64,000 bases of DNA, taken from the sequence record OR836606.1, one strand, 5' to 3'. The notes under the pieces are model-generated. The model was given only the letters and a program-made list of their open reading frames with translations. It was not told where the DNA came from and did no database searches. Numbering within the stretch: the first letter of the stretch is position 1; every line of letters starts with the position of its first letter. Of this stretch, positions 18,801 to 29,300 are shown piece by piece. A program made the position numbers and the translations under genes. The stretch comes from Staphylococcus phage LY01.

Positions 18801-21523
18801 TTCTTCAAGGAGGAACTGGTCTAATTAAATCTGGTTGGAATTGGTTAAACGAAAAATTCTCTAGTTATGAAGAAGAAATGGGAAATATGAGTAAAGAAAT
18901 GACTGAAGCTAGTAAAGAAGAATTAAGTTCATATCAAGAAGGAATTGAAAGTGAAGCATCTGATAGAGCTAAAAAAGAGATAGCGGAAATGCAAGGTATG
19001 TCAGATAAAGCTAATAAAGATGCTGAAAAACAAGTAAAAGAATCCGCAGAAAAAACCAGAGACGATATTAAAAAAGATGTAGATGAAACTATGAAGAATT
19101 CACCATTATCAATAATGGGTAGAATTGGTCATCAAATGAATAAATTGATGCCTAAAAATCTTATGAGTAAACTTAAGAAAACTCCTAAAAAATTAGCTGA
19201 AACTATGATGCGTATGTCTCCTTTTTATACTTTATTAAGTAAGAAGAAAAAGAAAAAATCTAAATTAGATATAAATGAGCCAGGCGGAGAAGTAGTTAAT
19301 ACTATTGGAGACTGGTTTGATAAGCTCGGCGGTATGATGAATGATATCATGGCTGGTTTTATGGCCGGCTCTGGATCAAGTTCAGCGGAAGCCTCTGAAA
19401 TCTCAGATGGCGATGCAGCTTCAGTAGGCGGAGAAGGCGCTGAGAAAATATGGAATTTCCTAACTGGTAAGGGACTATCAGAAGAACAAGTTGCAGGTAT
19501 ATTAGGTAACTTTGAACATGAATCTGGAAATAGACCAGATAGAGTTCAAGGAGATGTAGCATTTGACGAAGCAAAAGCAAATAGTTCTATATCAGGTTAT
19601 GGTATAGGTATTGCTCAATGGGATAATGTCCGTAGACAAGGTTTAATGAAGTATGCTAAAAAACAAGGTAAAAAATGGAGTGACTTGGATTTACAATTAG
19701 ATTATTTATGGTATGAATTACAAGGTCCCGAAAGTGCTGCGTTTTCACATCTTAAATCTACTAAAACAGTAGAACAAGCTGCTGCTTCATGGGTGAGTAA
19801 ATATGAAAGAGCGGGTGTACCTGCATTAGGAAACCGTGTATCCTCAGGAAATGCTTTTCTTAAAAAATTTAGTGGTTCTTCTAAAAAATCAACTAAGAAA
19901 AAAGGCGGCGGTGGAGGAGGCTCTAATACAATAGATACTGCTTACTTAAAACAATTTTCTAATATGAGTTCTTCCACTAAAAATATTAATGTAAGAAAAG
20001 TTGCTTATAAAAATAAAGGACTAATTAAAGGAAATCCTCCTATTCAAAAAGGCGGCGGTGGAGGAGGCAGTAGTGGCAACGTTCAAGCTAAAATTAAGAA
20101 AGCTGTAGAATGGGCCAAGAAACAAGTTGGAGCTTCTTACTCACAACCTAACCGTGATGGTGCTAATTCATTTGACTGTTCAAGTTTAGTCTATCGTTCT
20201 TATAGAAAAGCAGGATTAACTGATGTTCCACAAGGTGCTACTACACATACTTTTTGGGATGGAGGTACTCCTTTCGAAAAAATAAACCCTAAAAAAGATG
20301 GATTAAAAGTTGGAGATATTATTTTATGCGCTAATGTGGAACACGTAACAATCTATATCGGTAATGGAAAACAAGTAGAGTCAAATGGAGTTGAAGGCGT
20401 TGTTATCAACAGTGCGAATAAATATAAAAATCAATTTGGTATAGATGGATACATGCGTTATAAAGGCGGCGGACCAAGTGATGGAGGATCTGATAGTGAA
20501 GAGTCTGGAGGAGATTCTCCAGGCGCTTCAGAATACAGCTTTAAAAATGGCACTTGGTACGGATCAATTACTGGTCGTGATGATAACCGTATGGATGAAG
20601 AAGAACAAGAAGCTTTAAATGACCGTTTAATGAAACGTTATGCTCAGATATATGGAATTGATTATGAAGAAGCTAAGAAAATTGACCAAGAACAACAAGA
20701 AAAACTTAAATCTGAAGCTGGCAAGAAAAAATCTGAGTCAGGATCTTCATCTGGTTCGGAAGGATCAACGGGTTCATCTAGTTCAAGTGGATCTGATGGA
20801 AGAGATGGGTCAAATGGACAAGATGGATCATCTTCATCAACTTCAGGTCAATCTCAACAACAAGGTTCAGGAAATTCTTCTGGAGGAAGTACTGTAATTA
20901 ACAATGGAGGAAATACTAATTCTACTATAGTTAATAATAATTATACTTCACCAGGTGCCGCTACTAGTAATTCAACTACCCAACAAATAATTCAAGGGAA
21001 TAATAATACTGTAAGAAATATTTATAATATCACTAATAATTATAATAATTCCACGGTATCTTACAAAAATGGTCCTATGAAAGTTGATAATCAAAAACGC
21101 ATGGATTTAGATGAAATTACTAAGCATACAAGCAATATTGATAAGAATACGGCTAAAATGTTAGAACAGCTTAAGAAAATGTCATTTAAAGGTAATAACT
21201 CTATTATTAATAATAAAGGTAATAATATCTTTAATAACACTACTATCAATGATAAAGGTGACTTAGTTGACCCTAAAGGTAATGTAATTATCAAAGAAAT
21301 TAATAAAGAAATTGATAAAATCATTAAGGACAATTTACAAAATAACCCAGATATTATTAATAATGGTAATATTAATCCTAATGATTCATATAATCCTGGT
21401 ACTGGTGGAAATAACGGTCCTTCACAAGGAGATCCAGATCTTCAAGAAGCTATTAATAGATCTTATGGAGATCAATTTAATATTGACGTGAGATCTGCTA
21501 TACCAGTATTTTCAGGTAAATAA
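15821..21523 (+). CDS. Giant virion-associated peptidoglycan hydrolase (1900 aa): Gly-rich amphipathic region, tail-lysozyme-like domain, CHAP/NlpC-P60 domain; paralog of the upstream gene
   Basis: TTG start after RBS AGGAGGTG. Lysozyme-like segment EKIWNFLTGKGLSEEQVAGILGNFEHESG (~19440-19870). NlpC/P60 with Cys in FDCSSLVYRSY and His in EHVTIYIG (~20080-20410). Confidence 0.85.
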   Translation: MARNKKFNTSKIEKEFRNNSSSKSSRKYIDTEFNKNLNNINSNDMKRMMDQNNPLKAVKELKNKKKKQLQKISESTRDLSKEALESTKNTFKTGETIQDKGSLKNFNSMGMDFSGDFEDFSFDDSFSDIDSDIDNSLDDGDFKFDDFDKEDDNKSKIVSSTTIINNDGSSAKSTALLTSSVSNLSQINTTGFTSMINNLNLMREANDNIRESMFQNLNGLIQTSNAIRQNTKIKNISEIKNSNSLEDLFLSNITLSNILEGSQEEGFKDKAKDFIKKQGTELLKEVIGSKKQGIKSSGLVDLAKGKAFDFLNNEDTFIEKAVGKFANKKLSPFRDNDNGTKQRKRDKRRDDLLEDVKLGKSKLIDKIFDNVTGGISTANKKDRNQKVAFDVETHNTINTVIPGYLSKIVGLTSEDGQEIHYDYDSGSFKTSKSIKNDIEKRVNKTIKESSFTKEFENMASEMGIDLFNNESNKNKATSKIKEIISRNINKSDELDQIKSNDPNDPFNILLDKIFNDKEAKTSLTKTRMQLNKESKDIKRKLSGSSINALNDKSKRKGTSKNITSKLSNGNKSGILSTNKDTLYDNINFNIVNRDISEIKKIVSRINNKIPEKRYNNSNDSKSSDFINNTNQSNDNISREIDPREQTLNQNTSSRSNQNREYDNTKNGDNGSTIIPNEQILEDGQTKSSESSDNKDFIDRIEEAQDLIDSNKYVKEKFDKYKNKGKNFAKEKIGKLSNTKLGSKITSMGGALTGKFAAGGALMAGAGSRLKGKLKARATRMAAGKGTKKAIGKGLLKAGSKVGARVGLNAIPVVGQIASLALAGPDIIRTIANPIESLKHPIKTLGSIIGFNDHPSKTKKEQEKLDSTQPGGENFAIDPLVDTKMNGSIDKSSIIGDFIKDNPLLASTPLLGLAGMGLYKSIVKPAFGLGMNMVQKTTGMAKSFGDQTDMAMEEKTSGFGGLIKKVVGGASMLMMAPLALAGKGLSNLTGMTSTLLQGGTGLIKSGWNWLNEKFSSYEEEMGNMSKEMTEASKEELSSYQEGIESEASDRAKKEIAEMQGMSDKANKDAEKQVKESAEKTRDDIKKDVDETMKNSPLSIMGRIGHQMNKLMPKNLMSKLKKTPKKLAETMMRMSPFYTLLSKKKKKKSKLDINEPGGEVVNTIGDWFDKLGGMMNDIMAGFMAGSGSSSAEASEISDGDAASVGGEGAEKIWNFLTGKGLSEEQVAGILGNFEHESGNRPDRVQGDVAFDEAKANSSISGYGIGIAQWDNVRRQGLMKYAKKQGKKWSDLDLQLDYLWYELQGPESAAFSHLKSTKTVEQAAASWVSKYERAGVPALGNRVSSGNAFLKKFSGSSKKSTKKKGGGGGGSNTIDTAYLKQFSNMSSSTKNINVRKVAYKNKGLIKGNPPIQKGGGGGGSSGNVQAKIKKAVEWAKKQVGASYSQPNRDGANSFDCSSLVYRSYRKAGLTDVPQGATTHTFWDGGTPFEKINPKKDGLKVGDIILCANVEHVTIYIGNGKQVESNGVEGVVINSANKYKNQFGIDGYMRYKGGGPSDGGSDSEESGGDSPGASEYSFKNGTWYGSITGRDDNRMDEEEQEALNDRLMKRYAQIYGIDYEEAKKIDQEQQEKLKSEAGKKKSESGSSSGSEGSTGSSSSSGSDGRDGSNGQDGSSSSTSGQSQQQGSGNSSGGSTVINNGGNTNSTIVNNNYTSPGAATSNSTTQQIIQGNNNTVRNIYNITNNYNNSTVSYKNGPMKVDNQKRMDLDEITKHTSNIDKNTAKMLEQLKKMSFKGNNSIINNKGNNIFNNTTINDKGDLVDPKGNVIIKEINKEIDKIIKDNLQNNPDIINNGNINPNDSYNPGTGGNNGPSQGDPDLQEAINRSYGDQFNIDVRSAIPVFSGK

Positions 21524-21566
21524 AGTTAATGATTTAAATAAATAGAAGAACAACTTTTTTATATAG

Positions 21567-21607
21567 TAAAAATTATGCGGATATGACAATTTATTATATG
21601 TCATATC
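21567..21607 (+). terminator. Hairpin terminator after the giant hydrolase gene
   Basis: Perfect 14-bp inverted repeat ATGCGGATATGACA...TGTCATATCCGCAT. Confidence 0.5.
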
Positions 21608-23142
21608 CGCATATATTATTTCAGAAATTAAAAAAGGATGTGAAATCTAAATTGCCTAATGAAAAAGATATAAAAGAACAAATTGAAAAAGCTGAGAAAA
21701 AAGCCAAAGAAAAAGAAATGGAAAAGCTTAATATTAGAGATGAAGATATAGCATTAATACCTCAGCCTGATGAAGGTAAAGGAGATTACGATTTCCATGA
21801 ATATGATCCTAGTCAAAATGATTTAGGTGTATTTAAAGACGCTACAGGTAATACTCGTGACATTTCTGAGTATGGAGCTTCTGATAAAACTAAATTGAGA
21901 AATGTTAAAGGGGAGTTAGATGTATTTGGAATGCCTATGTACTATTCTAGCTTAGATGATCCTAATAGAAGAATATATAAAAGAACATTTGAGTTAGATT
22001 TGCCTTTAGTATTTATAATGCCAGGTATGCCTAAATTAAATGGTAAACTATTTGGTAAACCGGGTGAAGGAAAATTATGGAGTTTTGGAGAAGGTTTAGA
22101 CAGATTAGCAAATACTACTGCTGGTTTAGTCGGTATAGGTAATACTAAAGATGGGCGTATGGTTAGTTTTGAACCTAAAATGAGTGAGTACTATAAATAC
22201 GTGCAAACTATGGGAAGTCAATTACATGCTTCTATGGGTTTAAAAGGTTCATTTGATTTGGGTGGCTCTCTAGATGATAAAAACTATGGATTAGCTTATT
22301 ATGCTGATAAAGCTACTAGTGTATCTGAATCTGGAATGCATGAATATAATCAATCTGATATAGCTTCTCAAATTAATAATAAAAACCAAGAAATTCGTGA
22401 AGAAAAAGAAATGGCTCGTATTGGAGGAGCTTCTATTTTAGGTAAAATTACAAGATCTATTAAAGATAGTATCAATGATATGGTTGCAAGTATGCCAGTA
22501 TTGGGTGGTATAGTTGGTAACTTTATGGAAAACCTAGATGGTGCGTCTATGTATTATCCTGATATTTGGATGAATTCAACTTTTGACCGTACTTATAATT
22601 TAGAATTTAAATTCTATAGTGCGTATGGAGATCCTCAATCTATTTTTGAAAATGTATACTTGCCATTTATGTCATTATTAGTATTAGCTTTACCTTTACA
22701 AGATTCTATTTTCTCATATAAACAACCATTCATTGTTAGAGCAAATTGTCCTGGTAGATTTGAATGCCATACAGGTATTATAACATCAATGAATATAGTT
22801 CGTGGAGAAGAAGGTACATGGACAGCAGATGGTTTCCCTAGAGAAATAACAGTTTCACTAAATGTAAGAGATATGTACCCTAACTTAATGGCATCAAAAT
22901 CATTCCAACGTATGAAATTTAATACAGGTTTAATTTCTTATATTGATTGTTTAGCAGGTATTAGAAGAGATCAACTATCAATTATAGATAAAGCTCAAAT
23001 TAATATGCAAAATCAATATTCAAGAAGTATGCAAGTGTTAAAAGGAAGAGTATTTAAACAGCAAATAGATGATACAATTTATGGTTATAAATCTCAAACA
23101 AACCCTCATCCTAACAGTGCTATTGGAAGTACATTATCATAA
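21583..23142 (+). CDS. Hypothetical structural protein (true start probably downstream of the hairpin, ~21640-21720)
   Basis: Long ORF; the annotated start overlaps the terminator hairpin. Confidence 0.5.
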   Translation: MTIYYMSYPHILFQKLKKDVKSKLPNEKDIKEQIEKAEKKAKEKEMEKLNIRDEDIALIPQPDEGKGDYDFHEYDPSQNDLGVFKDATGNTRDISEYGASDKTKLRNVKGELDVFGMPMYYSSLDDPNRRIYKRTFELDLPLVFIMPGMPKLNGKLFGKPGEGKLWSFGEGLDRLANTTAGLVGIGNTKDGRMVSFEPKMSEYYKYVQTMGSQLHASMGLKGSFDLGGSLDDKNYGLAYYADKATSVSESGMHEYNQSDIASQINNKNQEIREEKEMARIGGASILGKITRSIKDSINDMVASMPVLGGIVGNFMENLDGASMYYPDIWMNSTFDRTYNLEFKFYSAYGDPQSIFENVYLPFMSLLVLALPLQDSIFSYKQPFIVRANCPGRFECHTGIITSMNIVRGEEGTWTADGFPREITVSLNVRDMYPNLMASKSFQRMKFNTGLISYIDCLAGIRRDQLSIIDKAQINMQNQYSRSMQVLKGRVFKQQIDDTIYGYKSQTNPHPNSAIGSTLS

Positions 23143-23172
23143 AATATTATAGAAAAGAGTTGAGTTATTATA

Positions 23173-25338
23173 ATGAAGCTTTATAGAATAGAAGAATTAA
23201 TTGACAGAAATAATAATGGTGAAATTGTTATTACTAAAATTAAAGATAATGAAAATAGACCATTGATTACAACCAAAACTAAAAAGAAAGAAAAATTATT
23301 ATTAAAAATAGAATTTGATTCTGAAGAATATAAAAAATTATCTTTTAATGAATATGAAGAGGTTAATCTATTTGAATCAACTTCATATATTAAAAAAGAA
23401 TATGGTATTGAAAATCCCATATTAAAACAAAACGAATTAACTAAAGATGTTTTAGTATATGAAGAAAGACCTTATGAATTAATTGGTGAATTAAAATATG
23501 ATTTATTCACTATTTATTATAATTACTTAGGTAAAATGGAAAGAATATACGATACCAACTATATAGGTAATATCGAGTATGAAGATTTAAATTTTAATAA
23601 TTTGGTAGAAAGAGAGGTGAAAATTGAGCCGTATCCGCCAATTTATAGAGATAATAATAAATACCCTAAAGATTATGCGTTTAATCAAAAAATATTAAAA
23701 GAATCTGAATTAGTAGATGGAATTATATATAATGGTTTAATAGAAGATGGAAGAATATTCTATGATGCATATTTAGGAGATACTTATAGAACTAGAGAAA
23801 GTGATTTCGATGGAGCATATAAGCGTAATTCAGGATATGACAGGTTCTTAGGAAAAGGATATGTGACTATAGAAGATGGAATATTAGAAATGAAAATTAA
23901 TATCCCTAAATCTTCTTATTATGAAGTAAGATTTGGTGCTGGAAACCATTATAATAATGGTACAGTAAATAAAGTGTTTATAGATAATGTAGGAAGTTAT
24001 TTTAGAACTCCTACGAATAGAAGTTTAGTTTGGTTTAGATCTATATTAGAAAAATATAATGACACAACAGATGAATATTTTGAAGAGGAACCAATATATT
24101 TAGAAAAAGGAACTCATACATTTAAATTTGAATATGATAAAAACTTCTCTACTAAAGAAAATGATATAGATGTTATATTACTAAAAGAAGTTGAATTTCC
24201 TGAAGCTAAAAATCCTTTCTATTCTAAAAAAGAAAATTATTTCAAAGTAGGAACTAGAACTATAATACCTATCAAAGATTTCTATATAGATAACGATTCT
24301 TATAATCAAGGAACTGGTAAAACTTTAGAGACTTTTAAAATAGATAATAATGCCACGAATATAGAAGAAGTTAGTAGTTTATCTGATAAATTTTCTTTAA
24401 CTACAGGAACTGTCAAGAATATTGTAACTTTAACTGAATCTGGAATGTATGATTTTAAAATATTGTTTAGAAGAAAATTTAATAATGATGAAATAAAGAA
24501 TTCTAAACAAGAGGAAGCTGTAGTAAATATTAATGGTAAAAACTATATTGCTAAGGTTCATGAAGATCATAACAATTTGTGTACTTTAGGTCTTTATAAA
24601 AGATTTCCCGAAATGAATATAGATGAATATATCAATGAAATTTATCTTAGAAAAGAAAATAATATACAAATAACTACAGCTGATGAAAATAATTTCTTAT
24701 TTGATTCTCTTATTATAAATTCAAATACTGTTAAGAAACATTCAGATGTTAATAAAAAGGCATTAGTATATCCTAATATTAAAAATTATTATTTTATATA
24801 TGAAGATTATGTAATGACCAATGGAAATAATGAATTAAATAATATTGATTCAGATACTGACCCTAGATCATTTGATAGTATTCAATCATACAGTAATGAA
24901 GGAATTGAGTATTATATTAAAGAAGAACCAATACATTATGCGCTTAATAATTTTGACTGGAAAGATAAAAAATTAAAATATGAAGTTCATTATAAGAATA
25001 ATATTCAAGGATTAGAAATTAAAGTTCCTATTGAATCTTATTACTTGCCTAAATTATTAATGATTCATGATGATATGGATTTTGATAGATATATGATATT
25101 TAAGCCTTATATATTTGAATCTATCAAATATACATCTAATGATTTAAGTTATGAAAATTATATACAAAAATTTAGTAAATATGATTCTAAATTAGTTCCT
25201 TTACAAAATTATACAGATGAATTATTATCAGAAATGATATATGACCTTGGAGAAGATTGGAAAGATAGACTATTGAACGAGGTAGTAAATCTGGATGACA
25301 TAACATTTTGTCATATTTACAGCAGAATTAATAAATAA
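23173..25338 (+). CDS. Hypothetical protein (721 aa), possibly a baseplate or fibre component
   Basis: Long ORF in the structural block, RBS GAGTTGAG. Confidence 0.5.
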   Translation: MKLYRIEELIDRNNNGEIVITKIKDNENRPLITTKTKKKEKLLLKIEFDSEEYKKLSFNEYEEVNLFESTSYIKKEYGIENPILKQNELTKDVLVYEERPYELIGELKYDLFTIYYNYLGKMERIYDTNYIGNIEYEDLNFNNLVEREVKIEPYPPIYRDNNKYPKDYAFNQKILKESELVDGIIYNGLIEDGRIFYDAYLGDTYRTRESDFDGAYKRNSGYDRFLGKGYVTIEDGILEMKINIPKSSYYEVRFGAGNHYNNGTVNKVFIDNVGSYFRTPTNRSLVWFRSILEKYNDTTDEYFEEEPIYLEKGTHTFKFEYDKNFSTKENDIDVILLKEVEFPEAKNPFYSKKENYFKVGTRTIIPIKDFYIDNDSYNQGTGKTLETFKIDNNATNIEEVSSLSDKFSLTTGTVKNIVTLTESGMYDFKILFRRKFNNDEIKNSKQEEAVVNINGKNYIAKVHEDHNNLCTLGLYKRFPEMNIDEYINEIYLRKENNIQITTADENNFLFDSLIINSNTVKKHSDVNKKALVYPNIKNYYFIYEDYVMTNGNNELNNIDSDTDPRSFDSIQSYSNEGIEYYIKEEPIHYALNNFDWKDKKLKYEVHYKNNIQGLEIKVPIESYYLPKLLMIHDDMDFDRYMIFKPYIFESIKYTSNDLSYENYIQKFSKYDSKLVPLQNYTDELLSEMIYDLGEDWKDRLLNEVVNLDDITFCHIYSRINK

Positions 25339-25350
25339 TTCAAAAATATT

Positions 25351-25390
25351 CCCCTAATACTAAATTAATAGTATTAGGGGATTTTATTTG
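25351..25390. terminator. Bidirectional terminator between convergent genes
   Basis: Stem cccctaatacta/tagtattagggg followed by attttattt. Confidence 0.6.
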
Positions 25391-25400
25391 AGAAAATCTA

Positions 25401-26207
25401 TTATTTAAGATCTCCGTTACCAGAGCCGGTGATTCCGCCTTTATTATAGTCGAAATCAGATAAGTTGTCACCAGCAGTTTTAGGTGCAGCTGGATCGAAC
25501 ATACCTTGTTCAGTGAAGCTGTAAATTTCATTAAGTTTAGATTTAGCAAAATCATTTACACGTGAAGAGATTTCCATATTACCTGCAAAGTCTTGCTCAA
25601 TTTGTGCTTCTTCATGAGTTTCCATAGTGTAGTTATGGTGATCAAGAGAAATACGAGTAGGCATTACTGCAGTGTAATAAGCAGCGAATTCAATATTATT
25701 TTTAGATGTATTATTAGCATCCGGACGAGTTTGGATATATAATAATTCACCTGTATGGTTTTTAGCAGCATATTCTAAATTATGAATTTTAGGATAAGTT
25801 GCAATACCAGTACGAGGATCACGGATACCAGATACCCAATATTGATACATATTTTTAATTGGACTACCAGAAAATTCTTGGTGAGTCATTTGGAAACCAG
25901 TGTTTCCTTTTGTAATACTAGCGGCTGTACGATAGTTATTACCATTAAACGTATGCATATATTCATTTGTAGTCATTTCAATATTTTCTAAACCTTGGAA
26001 TGATTTAAAGTTCTTTTGTGTCATAGCTTTAAATCCAGGGAATTGTTTTTCAACCCAAGAAGGAATTTTAGTCCATACTATGAACGAATAACCAGTTACG
26101 AATGGATCAAACTCAAGAGTTTGAAGGTTCATATGTCCATTATAGAACCATTTGTTCTTAGCGATGTTATTGTCAAACACACGCTGATTTTTACTTGGTA
26201 AAATCAT
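25401..26207 (-). CDS. Putative tail tube protein (268 aa)
   Basis: Immediately downstream of the sheath gene on the same strand; size and composition are typical of myovirus tube proteins. Confidence 0.45.
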   Translation of the reverse strand: MILPSKNQRVFDNNIAKNKWFYNGHMNLQTLEFDPFVTGYSFIVWTKIPSWVEKQFPGFKAMTQKNFKSFQGLENIEMTTNEYMHTFNGNNYRTAASITKGNTGFQMTHQEFSGSPIKNMYQYWVSGIRDPRTGIATYPKIHNLEYAAKNHTGELLYIQTRPDANNTSKNNIEFAAYYTAVMPTRISLDHHNYTMETHEEAQIEQDFAGNMEISSRVNDFAKSKLNEIYSFTEQGMFDPAAPKTAGDNLSDFDYNKGGITGSGNGDLK

Positions 26208-26360
26208 ATATTATTTTCTCCTTTTCATTAATCTTATTTACATAAATGTATATTATAGAAGTTTATATATCATCTTCATACTTATAATTTAATATAAGAT
26301 CTTTATTTATATAATAAAATAGGATACGACTGTATATTAAGTCGTATCCTATAAATTTAA

Positions 26361-29300
26361 TTATTTTTCAACATTAATGTCAATGAAGATACGTTCAATA
26401 ACATTATTGAATTTAACAGAAATTTTAATACGTACAATACGTTGAGATTTATCATATTCATCTGCGCTAACTTCAGCTTGAATAGTTTCACAGCTACGGT
26501 TAGATACATAACGAGTAAGATAAGCATTCAACTCTGTACTCATAATTGAACGAGTTTCATCATCATTTAATTCAAATTGGTAATCAGAAACAAGAGTTTC
26601 TGCATCACGTTTAATTTGGTTTAATGTAAAGATATTATTCAAGTTAGATAATGGACCATCAGATTTAATAGAAGTCATCTGTGCACCAAATTTAGTTTTA
26701 TCAATATCTTTTTCAATGTAGTTGATTTTAGAAGTATAAAGTTTTTCTTTATAAGGTTCATTAGGAGCCCAAGATAAAGCTTTATGGCCTTCAACTAAAC
26801 CACGTCTAGGACCCGCAATTGGGAAATGTAAACCAGAGTTAACAGCTTGATAAGGAATCATTGAAGCTAAACGATAAGTTGGAGTGAAACGAATGTCTCT
26901 ACCAGTGTACTCATCATAATAAGTTAAATCTTGAGAGTAAATAGCTGTATACTCAGAAGAAACAGCAAATTCTTCTTTTCTCCATCTAATTGCATCTTCA
27001 GGACTAACTGGATAACGATCAGTAACTGTGTCGGCTAAGAATACAAAGTCTTTACGAACATTTTTAGCTAATTCAGAGATAGCGAACTTAACTTCATTAG
27101 AATAACGAGCATCAAGTACAACATCAAATGGATAAGCTTTAGTGTTTGTAATTTCTTCGTCTACTAAACCTTTATAAGCTTTAATTAATTCACGATTAAC
27201 TGCATTTTTACGATCCTTATATGAAATATCTTCAGCATATGAGAAGTCGCCATCAGAACCGAATAAGAATTTAACTGGACTAGAAATATCAATAAGGTTT
27301 GTATTGAAGTATTTAGAGTTAGCCTTATTCAAGTTAGCAACTGCTAATTCAATATTTTGATGAGCGTTTAATGTAATATCTCTTTCTGTATAGTTAGAAC
27401 GAGTTTGAATCATTTCGTCAATATTTTTACGGAAGATAGAAATATCATAATAGATTGTATTAACCGCAATACGGACTGCACGAGCAACTTTGTATACAGA
27501 AGCCACTGATACAGCTCTATTAATTAAATCTACTAATTGATTAGCAATTTCATTACAAGTTACGAATACTTCTTCACGGTTAACAGCGTTATCTTCCATT
27601 AATCCTAATGTAATATCGTCAACTAACATTTGTTTGTCAGCCAATGAATTTAACATGGATTCTGGAGAAACTAAGTCACGTTCTGAATCTTCATCGTCAC
27701 CATCAGGAGTAGTGTTAATAAAATTAATTGCTTCTTCAGGGAGTCCTTCACGTACTGCTGGCATTAAGTTATCTATTACATAACGTAATTCTGTTTCAGT
27801 ATCATTTAATACTTTAGCCATTCCTTCTAAGTTAGTTACAGATTTCATACCAATACGTAATTCAGCGATATCATTTGTAATATCTAAGATATTAGATTTA
27901 TGTTGAATACCGAAGATACGGATTTGGTCTTTCTGAGCTAATACATCACGTAATTCTTTAACATCAGCTTGATATTTAGGATTTGAAGAAATACCTGAAT
28001 TAGATTTATAAACTAATTCGTAAGCAGCATTAAGTTTATTACCATTATCTAAGAATTCATTTAATAATAAAGAACCAATTTCTTCTGTTCCAGAAAGAAC
28101 TGCAGAAAGGTTTTCTTCATTTGAATCTTCAAAATAAGTGTTATAATCTTGAACTAAACGTTCAGCTGCTCCAGCAGGTTTACCACCGAAATTAATTTCA
28201 GAAGGTTTGAATTTTCCAGCTAATTCTTCTTCAACTGCTTCTGCATCATTAATATCTGCAGATACATCTTCTTGATTTAATTTTTCAGAAACTAAATTAT
28301 CTTTAATAATTTTAGGTAAGTTACCTGTATCATCATCAAATAAACCATTAGATGGCACAATAATTTTATTCAATAATGATTTAAATTCTGTAAAATTATC
28401 AGAACGTAAAGTTTTGTATTGATCTCTCATATAAGAAAGACGGTCTGAATCTGTAACGAAAGTTTTTTCACGCATACCATTATCTAATGAAATTAATGCG
28501 TTTTCAACTGGATCATTAAAATCAGGTTTATTCAATACGTGTTTACCACTAATAGTTACTGGTAGACCTTTGTTATTATAACGGTGTAAAGCAATATGAA
28601 CATCTTCCGTTTGTTTAGTTTCTTCTGAATAGAAAGTTTCAGGAGTTCCATCAATACTAATTTTAGATTTACCAGAAATAACATCAATACTTGCAGGATG
28701 TACATTAGGGTTAATTTCTTTAGCTAGATTTTGGAAGTTTTCTAGATTAAATTTGATGTTAATGTATTTAGAATAACGATTAACAACTTCTTCAATAAAC
28801 ATTGATTCACCGGTATCTGAAATCGAATCTGGATCAAATGTAACTAAGAATGGACCATCAATTACGTTAACGTTACCAAAATCATCAAATTCAAGAACTT
28901 CTAAGTTGTAAACACGTTCAGTACGACCACTAGTGTCATAAGAAGTATTTAGAGTTAAACGAATACCTAAATCATTATAAGATTCACCACGACCATTAGG
29001 ATAAGCTAAAAGTAAGAAGTTATTGTTATAACCATCTACTGTTTGCTCATTACCACGGTCTAAAGTAATTTCATTAACTAATTCTTCAATATTTCTATTA
29101 TTTTTCTTAACAAATGCAATTGTTGGACGAATTTTGACATCGTCAATTTTAACCAATTCATTTGATTCTGTTAAAACTTTTTTACCATCTTTTTGTACTC
29201 TACTTTGTACGTTTAATATAGCATGTGAATAAGTTGCATTTTGCGGTAGAATACGTAATACATAAGCTTGACCACCAGAACGTAACCAGTTCACGATGTT

